Origin: an uncultured Candidatus Saccharibacteria bacterium
GTDB lineage: Bacteria; Patescibacteriota; Dojkabacteria; GCA-002793355
Reading direction: 5' to 3'
Length of the DNA stretch: 64,000 nucleotides
Assembly (NCBI GenBank): GCA_964525295.1
Contig: CAZGEO010000001.1
Location: forward strand, 248,662 to 312,661
The notes beneath the pieces are model-generated. The model had not been told where the DNA came from and made no database searches. It saw nothing but the letters and a program-made list of their open reading frames with translations. Below, piece after piece: positions 57,205 to 64,000 of the stretch (positions within the stretch are counted from its first letter, which is position 1; every line of letters starts with the position of its first letter). Position numbers and translations under genes: made by a program.

Positions 57205-58449
57205 TTATGGTCGTTCGACAAGAATTGTCTTCAATGTCAAAGTCTGCGAAGTTCCTGATTGTTCGGTGCGAGTTACCGTAATCATAACCTCATCGCCAAC
57301 TTTCAATTTTGCTAAGGCTTCAGCTAAAGTTGTTGAAAGCTCAACATTATTGATTTTCGTAACAATGTCATTAACTCGTAGGCCTGCTTTCTCTGCTGGA
57401 GAATCTTTTGCAACTCCACGAACTAATGCACCTGCATTGACACCAAAATATGTAGCCTCTTGTTTTGTAATCGTACGGTAATTCACCCCCAAATACGGTG
57501 TTATAAACTTACCAAATTGCTTGTATTCGGCTACGCGCTTCTTAACCAAATTTATAGGCAATGCAAACGAAATATTGTCAGCACTTCCGGTTGTTGCGAA
57601 ATTAACACCAATTACCTCAGCAGAAAGATTAAGTAAAGGTCCCCCAGAATTACCAGGATTTACCGCAGCATCGGTTTGAATAACATTATCATAACTTTTT
57701 TTGCTCTCCCAAAATCCACCACCTGCAGCGACAGAACGCTTTAGCCCACTAATAACACCTACCGTCACGCTCCCTGGGAATTCCCCAAGTGGTGTACCTA
57801 TCGCAATTACTGTTTCACCAACTTTAATTTTTTCAGAATCTCCCATCGCAATTGTTGTTAAGCCTGAACCATCAACGACCAAAAGTGCGATATCGTTGAC
57901 ATCATCGCGGACTATAGATTTTACTGAGTACTTTTTGTTTTCTTGCGTAACAATCTGATAGGTTGCATCAAGATCGCTTACGACATGTTGATTTGTGATA
58001 ACAATGCCATTAGATTCAACGACAAACCCAGTTCCGATAGTGTCAAAAACTCCGTTATTTTCGAGGCTCGAATTTGATTTGGTTGTTTTTGCGATACTTA
58101 CGACACCTTTTGAAACCTTTTCAACTACCTGCGGAATTGTAAACCCAACTGAGCCTTTAGCTCCTTCATTTATTTGTGTAGTTGGTTGTGGAATAAAGGG
58201 CGAATTACTCTCTCTATTTTGTACCTCAGCTTCTTTGAAATTATGGTCAATAAGCCATTGATTTACTGCTGGAATGACTTTTGTACCTATGAGTACTCCT
58301 AAAACGGTGAATGTACATGCAAAAACCACGAACACCAAGAAAAAGAATAGTGCTTTAAGATTTACTGGCTTTTTTACCGGTGTTTTTTTAGGTTCACTCG
58401 ATTCCACTTCAACATTGTCATTCGGTTGTTTTACTTCTTTTTTCTCCAT
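57205..58449 (-). CDS. HtrA/DegP-family serine protease with C-terminal PDZ
   Basis: Catalytic His TNQHVV, Asp DIALLVVDG and Ser GNSGGPLLN, plus a PDZ domain with GLRVNDIV. N-terminal TM. Confidence 0.85.
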   Translation of the reverse strand: MEKKEVKQPNDNVEVESSEPKKTPVKKPVNLKALFFFLVFVVFACTFTVLGVLIGTKVIPAVNQWLIDHNFKEAEVQNRESNSPFIPQPTTQINEGAKGSVGFTIPQVVEKVSKGVVSIAKTTKSNSSLENNGVFDTIGTGFVVESNGIVITNQHVVSDLDATYQIVTQENKKYSVKSIVRDDVNDIALLVVDGSGLTTIAMGDSEKIKVGETVIAIGTPLGEFPGSVTVGVISGLKRSVAAGGGFWESKKSYDNVIQTDAAVNPGNSGGPLLNLSAEVIGVNFATTGSADNISFALPINLVKKRVAEYKQFGKFITPYLGVNYRTITKQEATYFGVNAGALVRGVAKDSPAEKAGLRVNDIVTKINNVELSTTLAEALAKLKVGDEVMITVTRTEQSGTSQTLTLKTILVERP

Positions 58450-58514
58450 TTTTGACTAAATTATTTTATATAATTAGTTTAAACTTCCTACAATGAAATC
58501 TTTGTGAAGTTCCC

Positions 58515-59045
58515 CTATTTTCGTGATTGTTTTGAAGGTACGCGACTTTCGTTAGTTGAAACTATGTCAACATACAATGGCACAATAGTCAGATCTTTGC
58601 GTTCGTCACCATCAAGATTAACTATCATTTCGAAAATATACTTACCTACATACTCAATTCTCTGAGGAATCTTAATTTGGAATTCTTTACCGTCAAGTGC
58701 CTTTAATGCTGGCATTGCCTGAACTAAACCTTCAAAAACTTGAGCTGTATCAACACTACCGAATACACGACCACCAACAGCTGTTTTAACTTCGATTTTA
58801 ATAGGCTTTTTTACCAATTGAGTTGAAGCGAATGCAATGAATTTCATGATCAATTTCTGCTTGTTTCGAGCAGCAGATTCAGCCTGTTTATGTAATTCAA
58901 CCGCTTTATTTTGATCAAGAGAAGTAGCTAAACGAGCCAATCTTTTTGGATACAAAAAGTTGGCTGCATAACCTTCTTTAACATCAATTATCATTCCTTT
59001 CTTCCCTACTGAAGGAACATCTTGGAGTAAAACAACTTTTGCCAT
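58515..59045 (-). CDS. rplI: 50S ribosomal protein L9
   Basis: MAKVVLLQDVPSVGKKGMIIDVKEGYAANFLYPKRLA. Confidence 0.85.
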   Translation of the reverse strand: MAKVVLLQDVPSVGKKGMIIDVKEGYAANFLYPKRLARLATSLDQNKAVELHKQAESAARNKQKLIMKFIAFASTQLVKKPIKIEVKTAVGGRVFGSVDTAQVFEGLVQAMPALKALDGKEFQIKIPQRIEYVGKYIFEMIVNLDGDERKDLTIVPLYVDIVSTNESRVPSKQSRK

Positions 59046-59151
59046 TCTGCAAATAATTAAGCTTATCTAATACGATTCTTTCTTTATTGTATTATAACAC
59101 TCTACGAAATGCACCTAGACAAGCGCAATATACGAAAAGTGCACTTTCTTT

Positions 59152-60414
59152 TTAGTTCAATTCCTTGACAGCTTTGATTGCTTCTTCGAGTTGATTATCT
59201 ATTCCCTTCGCTTTTAGATCATAATCAAAAGTAACTTCTTTGTTAGGCTTGATAGTATTTTCTGGATTAATCCAACTCTTGTCTGGTAATAGCCATTTAC
59301 TTACCGTTACGTGAAGTGAAGAACCGCCCGTTAAATCGAGAATCACTTGAGCTGTTCCTTTGCCATAAGTAGATTCACCGACAATAGTTGCACGATTATG
59401 ATGTTTCATTGCACCAGCAAATATCTCAGAGGCGGAAGCGCTACTACCATTGACTAAAACGACTACTGGAATTTTTGAAAGTCGTGGCTCTGTTTTTGTT
59501 GCATAAGTTTCATCAACGCCATTTCTTTCTCGTTGATACGCAATAACTGTACCTTTTGGCAAAAAGTCACTTGCTAAGATAACTGCTGCATCAAAATAGC
59601 CACCAGGATTACTTCTTAGGTCAATAACTAATCGTTCGACATCATTACGATTATTTAGTGTTGTCACAATTGCTGACCACTTTGAACTCCATTCACCAAT
59701 GCTAGCCTCCGTAAATCGGTTAATCTTCACGACAGCCACACCATCTTTGATTTCTTTTAATTCCATACTAGTAGCATTTACATTGCCACGTGTTATCGAA
59801 TACGTGTATTCACGGTTGTTTTCTCGAGGTCGCAAAATTGTTACTGAAACGCTTGTTCCTGCGGTACCTCTGATTAACGAAACTACTTGAGAAAGAGTTT
59901 TTCCGTAAATTGCACTACCATCGACTTTTATTATGATATCTTGCGCTTCAATTCCTGCTTTCATTGCAGGGGAACCTTCAAATGGCGCAACAACTACAAC
60001 GGATTGATTAACATAGTCCAATTCTGCACCAATTCCAGAATACGAACCTGATTGACTTTTCTTATAATCGGTCGTCTCAGTTGGATCAAAAAATGCTGTT
60101 GGTGCATCGCCAATTGCTTCAACCATACCCTTGATACTGCCATAGAACATTTTTTGAGCATCAAGCTTCGCAGGATCAACGTACACCGAACTCAATCGCT
60201 GATATACCTGCCAATACAATGAGAAATCTTTATTAGCTAGATCACCTGCTGGAGATACAGTAAATTTGTCTGAAATAAATGTTTTCAAGGGCTCATTTCC
60301 TGCACCGAAACCGACACCAAGTAAGAGTGTCATACCAATAAGCATTGTTGCCGTACCAACCGATATTTGTTTATCGAAAAATGATTGTTTTGTTCCTTGT
60401 ATTCGTTCGTTCAT
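59152..60414 (-). CDS. C-terminal processing peptidase (S41, CtpA/Tsp-like) with PDZ
   Basis: PDZ GIGAEL...GSPAMKAGIEAQDIIIKVDG and the S41 core VVLVNGSSASASEIFAGAM (Ser) with the downstream Lys. N-terminal TM. Confidence 0.85.
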   Translation of the reverse strand: MNERIQGTKQSFFDKQISVGTATMLIGMTLLLGVGFGAGNEPLKTFISDKFTVSPAGDLANKDFSLYWQVYQRLSSVYVDPAKLDAQKMFYGSIKGMVEAIGDAPTAFFDPTETTDYKKSQSGSYSGIGAELDYVNQSVVVVAPFEGSPAMKAGIEAQDIIIKVDGSAIYGKTLSQVVSLIRGTAGTSVSVTILRPRENNREYTYSITRGNVNATSMELKEIKDGVAVVKINRFTEASIGEWSSKWSAIVTTLNNRNDVERLVIDLRSNPGGYFDAAVILASDFLPKGTVIAYQRERNGVDETYATKTEPRLSKIPVVVLVNGSSASASEIFAGAMKHHNRATIVGESTYGKGTAQVILDLTGGSSLHVTVSKWLLPDKSWINPENTIKPNKEVTFDYDLKAKGIDNQLEEAIKAVKELN

Positions 60415-60425
60415 AGAAATAATTA

Positions 60426-61343
60426 TTACCTTATATTGAACAATTCTTCATTGGTAACCGGAGTATGTTCTTGCGTTTCAAGATGTGCAATTAGCCCAGT
60501 TGATTCATGTTGCAGGTCTTTCACCTGCTTTCCCCACCAAAACTCCTTAAAGAGCAATAAATCATGTTCTAAGTTACTGAGAAGTATATCATGAACTGGG
60601 AGATACATTCGTGAAGTTGCCAAATCAATTTCAGCATGAATACCATTTAACTTGCCGAGCAAATGAAAATACCAACGCCACATTGGGAACATGCCAAAGC
60701 CGTGAAAGATCCCAATATTAGGTTCGTTTTCTTGAAATATTTGCAAATAATCTTTCCAATCTATTGACGCAGCTAAAACCGCTTGCGCACCTTTATTCAT
60801 AATTTGAACATATAATTCATGATTAACTGGCCCAGGCAGAACAACAATTTTATTTGCTACCGCATCTGTAATTTGCTGTGGCGTTACTAATGGACCTTTT
60901 TCAAATAAACACAATAACTCACCTGAATGCTTCTTTCCACCTGAGACAAAAATCGGTAACACGAATTGCTTATATTCTACCGTATACGATGATTCATCAA
61001 TTGCTGTGATTCTCCCCCAGATGTTGGCCTTAACTACTTCTTCTTTGTCATCTGCTATAACACGCAGATATTGCCTAGTTAACCGTATAATTCCCTCGGT
61101 AGTTGCACCGATAACTTCTCGCTTGTAAAGACCTTTTCGCATCTCAAATAGTGGTGTTTGCGGTGTGACGAAAACACCATCATCAACCAATGGCGTTGCA
61201 CCATCGAGTCGATGCTCTTCTAAAATAATTGGCACTCGCACTGTACCAATTGGCATCTCTGGTTTGACGATTGTGTTCACTTCGACCGATGCCAGGTACT
61301 CACCTGGCAACTCAATTTTAAGTTTCTTGGTAAGTCTTTCCAT
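60426..61343 (-). CDS. Hypothetical protein (305 aa)
   Basis: ORF only. Tightly packed with neighbours. Confidence 0.4.
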   Translation of the reverse strand: MERLTKKLKIELPGEYLASVEVNTIVKPEMPIGTVRVPIILEEHRLDGATPLVDDGVFVTPQTPLFEMRKGLYKREVIGATTEGIIRLTRQYLRVIADDKEEVVKANIWGRITAIDESSYTVEYKQFVLPIFVSGGKKHSGELLCLFEKGPLVTPQQITDAVANKIVVLPGPVNHELYVQIMNKGAQAVLAASIDWKDYLQIFQENEPNIGIFHGFGMFPMWRWYFHLLGKLNGIHAEIDLATSRMYLPVHDILLSNLEHDLLLFKEFWWGKQVKDLQHESTGLIAHLETQEHTPVTNEELFNIR

Positions 61344-61345
61344 AG

Positions 61346-62620
61346 TTATTGTTTAGTACCGCTTATATTTTTTCGTAATCTTTCAATCCAAATATCGACT
61401 TTTCCTGAATTTGAGATTGGATTAGGGCCGTAGACTACTGGCCAAGAGCGCATATCTACAACACATTCTTTCACAGTCATATCATAAGGCGGACTGAATG
61501 ATGTTTTTTCTGAACCAATGGCATATTCAATATCATTATTTTTTACATTTATACCAAAGTTATACAGGTTTCCAGAAAATGCTGTATATTTAGTATCAGA
61601 AACCTGAATATCCAGAACATCCCTACCCTTCTTCACCTGAGGAATTATCCACAATCTTGAAGTAGTCCCATAAAACTCTCGCAAAGTACCCTTTTCACGC
61701 TCCGCTATGAGATATGGTATGAATAACGCAAACTCATCAATAGTCACCGTCCACGCGCCAGAAACGCCCAATCCATCGATTAATGCCAATTGAACGCGAG
61801 CATCATCACCTAGATACGAAGGTATTTCACCCGTAACAAAGATATGACCTTTCTTATTTTTCTGTAATGAAGTATATGGAGCAATTTCACTAAGCAAAGC
61901 TGTAAGTATCGCTCGCCAGACGTCTTTTGACACTTTTGAACTGGTAGTTGCCTGCTTCCAGTAGACATGATTCATCAATAAATTAAAGATTTGCGTCTCA
62001 GGAATGTGATCACTCATAAACGGAAGAAACCGTTTAGACAATAAATGTTCAATGAATTGCTGTTGACTTTCAAAAACTACTTTTGAAATACGATACTCCC
62101 AACGCTTAAAGTTACCTACAAATCGAGGCTCACATTCAATGATCTCAATACCTCCGAAATCTAATGACACAAAAATAACCGGATCGACAAAATCCTCTAA
62201 CCTCTGCAACAACAAATCGTGAAGTTTAATATCTTGACGATTCTTTCTAATCGCAAAATTCGTGTCCCACCCCCACGTTGATATGTCGCTACCGCCAGTC
62301 GAATAACAAACGACTCGAGAAATTCCATCACCAAAACTTTTTTCTGGAATTTTAAACTGTTTCCCAGGAGTTCGTAATTTCCAACCAAATAATTTTTCTG
62401 CATGATCTACGGCGTATGAGAAAAAATCAATTGGTGTATTTGCAGGAACTTTAGGAACCCAATGTGGATAGACTAAATCTAACAGCGGATACGATGTTTT
62501 CCAAACATGCGTTTCACGTTCACCTTGTCCGACGTCACGCAACGAAAGCGTAAACGACAAACCGTTGGACATTTGAGAAATGAAAAGCGTTGTTCCATCT
62601 GGAATCTGGGCAGATTGCAT
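61346..62620 (-). CDS. Hypothetical protein (424 aa)
   Basis: ORF only. The stop lies 2 bp from the next start. Confidence 0.4.
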   Translation of the reverse strand: MQSAQIPDGTTLFISQMSNGLSFTLSLRDVGQGERETHVWKTSYPLLDLVYPHWVPKVPANTPIDFFSYAVDHAEKLFGWKLRTPGKQFKIPEKSFGDGISRVVCYSTGGSDISTWGWDTNFAIRKNRQDIKLHDLLLQRLEDFVDPVIFVSLDFGGIEIIECEPRFVGNFKRWEYRISKVVFESQQQFIEHLLSKRFLPFMSDHIPETQIFNLLMNHVYWKQATTSSKVSKDVWRAILTALLSEIAPYTSLQKNKKGHIFVTGEIPSYLGDDARVQLALIDGLGVSGAWTVTIDEFALFIPYLIAEREKGTLREFYGTTSRLWIIPQVKKGRDVLDIQVSDTKYTAFSGNLYNFGINVKNNDIEYAIGSEKTSFSPPYDMTVKECVVDMRSWPVVYGPNPISNSGKVDIWIERLRKNISGTKQ

Positions 62621-62684
62621 TCGTCATTGTACACTATTTTCCGAAGAGTGGTAAATGCTTACTCTGATATCTATTTGATCTCAA

Positions 62685-63467
62685 TTAGTTTTTAAACGAC
62701 AGCTCTTTTCCGAGCACATTTGTTCGGAAGAAATTATCTGCTACCAACAAATCTGCACTTGAACCAGTAAAGGTCATATTTACTCCAAATGGTGTGGAAA
62801 CATGCCCGAATTTCCCATCGCACATAATCGGATCACACACAAAAATAGTTTCATATTTATACTGCGAACCCTCTTGATAGCGGGCGAAACCGACACCTGA
62901 AGGTTTATCTGAAGTTGGATTTTGAACAATAGTCCAATTTTCCGGTACTGAATCTGGCACGAAACCTACAGCGCCTAGAACGTAAAGTGCCCCTTGGGTC
63001 AAATTAATTGTAGAAGCACCATTACTAATTTCAACACCTGCACCCTTAAATATTGGAATAGATGCATCAAGCATATGGCTCTCCTTAACAATGTTCTGCA
63101 ATTCTGACTGAGTCAAATTTTCATACGTTCCAAAAACTTTTGTTACGCGCCACCCCTGTGGAAGCGTAAGTGAACTATTTTTTCCAATTTTCAATGTATA
63201 TTGTGGGTTCGATACAACAGGAGTCCCTAAAGGTGTTGATGAAATGGATATATTTGTCGAATCAGTAGGTTGCAATGATGGTGTTGCTGTAACCATCGGT
63301 GTTGGGGTCACAATTGTTCCAACATTTATTCCACGCAAAAAATAACCCAAGGTAAAAGCACCGCCAATTGCGACAACTACTACTAAAAACATGGGGAGAA
63401 TTGGAAAATTCTTAGCTGGTCCAACTGATACAGTATTAGGTGTTGATTGTTCCATGAAGAAGAGCAA
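62685..63467 (-). CDS. Membrane-anchored or secreted hypothetical protein (260 aa)
   Basis: N-terminal TM LPMFLVVVVAIGGAFTLGYF followed by a Thr/Pro/Ser-rich linker. Confidence 0.4.
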   Translation of the reverse strand: MLFFMEQSTPNTVSVGPAKNFPILPMFLVVVVAIGGAFTLGYFLRGINVGTIVTPTPMVTATPSLQPTDSTNISISSTPLGTPVVSNPQYTLKIGKNSSLTLPQGWRVTKVFGTYENLTQSELQNIVKESHMLDASIPIFKGAGVEISNGASTINLTQGALYVLGAVGFVPDSVPENWTIVQNPTSDKPSGVGFARYQEGSQYKYETIFVCDPIMCDGKFGHVSTPFGVNMTFTGSSADLLVADNFFRTNVLGKELSFKN

Positions 63468-63560
63468 TTAAGTAATTCTTTATTTATAGTATATCCTACT
63501 CCAGGCATATACAAGTAGGAAAAAATTTACAGTAGAGAGAAACTATACCAGTAATTACCT

Positions 63561-64000
63561 TCAGCGTTTTTTAGGTTTATGACGCTTTCTTTTATTTTCA
63601 GACAGCTTGGATTCTAATTTGTATCCATAATAATTAAACAATCCCCCCCACAAATTGTTTAATTTCTGCAATTCATTTTCGTAGGAAGACGATGTCGGTA
63701 CAGTTTTATTGGCTTGATGCAATTTCTTTAGCAAATATTTCAGCATAAATTGATCAGGCCCTTTCTCACTTGATGAGGTATGCAGATCGTCAATTTTAGG
63801 TCTAGGTTCAATATCTGAAGGAACTGTATCTAAATTGTGAATCATATATGCACCTTGCATTCCAGCAATGCCCATAGGTGAATAAAATAATGTTTCAGCA
63901 AGATTCTCAGGCTCAAGGGAATACTTCAAAACCGAATGGTCAACATGCAGATTATTCCCCGACAAGATATAGTCGGCAAGCCAAACAGGAACATCGAGCA
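63561..64000 (-). CDS. Hypothetical protein, probably partial (N-terminus beyond window end)
   Basis: The reading frame stays open upstream of the annotated TTG start at 63965 all the way to the window edge. Basic C-terminal tail KRKRHKPKKR. Confidence 0.35.
   Translation of the reverse strand, partial: LDVPVWLADYILSGNNLHVDHSVLKYSLEPENLAETLFYSPMGIAGMQGAYMIHNLDTVPSDIEPRPKIDDLHTSSSEKGPDQFMLKYLLKKLHQANKTVPTSSSYENELQKLNNLWGGLFNYYGYKLESKLSENKRKRHKPKKR

Noticed and set aside
63636-63650. C8 homopolymer run inside the last gene
   Set aside because: It is a single run within coding sequence encoding Pro-Pro. It could be a contingency tract, but there is no supporting context. Noted only.
1-64000. 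CRISPR arrays, rRNA genes, transposase or IS elements, alternative genetic code
   Set aside because: I saw no spaced direct repeats of CRISPR type, no rRNA-like conserved blocks and no transposase motifs (DDE). Long genes (gyrA 991 aa, HK 777 aa) read through with the standard code, so UGA recoding is not indicated.

Overview
This 64 kb window reads as a gene-dense, roughly 38% GC bacterial chromosome segment dominated by housekeeping genes. The recognisable genes are efp, epmA, gyrA, ruvA, ruvB, dnaB, mnmA, thrS, gpmI, rpmE, prfA, prmC, rplI, htrA and ctpA. It also carries one tRNA-Leu(CAA), a Xer-type tyrosine recombinase, a umuD-GNAT-umuC cassette and a MacAB-like efflux set. Several proteins have insertions or extensions: GyrA has a ~90-aa acidic N-terminal tail plus an internal insertion, ThrRS lacks the N-terminal TGS domain, and RluA and XerC carry insertions. 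Together with many small membrane or secreted hypothetical proteins, this fits a reduced-genome uncultivated lineage, possibly CPR/Patescibacteria-like, but that is an inference. Translation looks standard (code 11), since long genes read through without recoding. I found no CRISPR array, no rRNA and no convincing prophage or transposon. Six things are worth a second look. First, a four-gene co-directional operon has a ThiF/E1-like enzyme and a 357-aa protein with no identifiable fold sandwiched between a REC-SHOCT response regulator and a multi-TM sensor histidine kinase. Second, an 842-aa protein with an N-terminal atypical protein-kinase-like domain, probably catalytically degenerate, is inserted between efp and epmA. 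Third, a CsoR/FrmR-family repressor lacking all metal-ligand residues has a perfect ATACCCCCGGGGGTAT operator just upstream, and a copy of that palindrome plus a shorter variant recur inside the rluA coding sequence. Fourth, a winged-helix regulator sits next to a perfect 13+4+13 palindrome. Fifth, a stand-alone LigD-type primase-polymerase has no Ku or ligase in the window. Sixth, a umuD-GNAT-umuC arrangement has the acetyltransferase inserted between the two polymerase V genes. None of these amounts to a clearly demonstrated novel system; the ThiF-containing two-component operon and the efp-linked pseudokinase are the best candidates.
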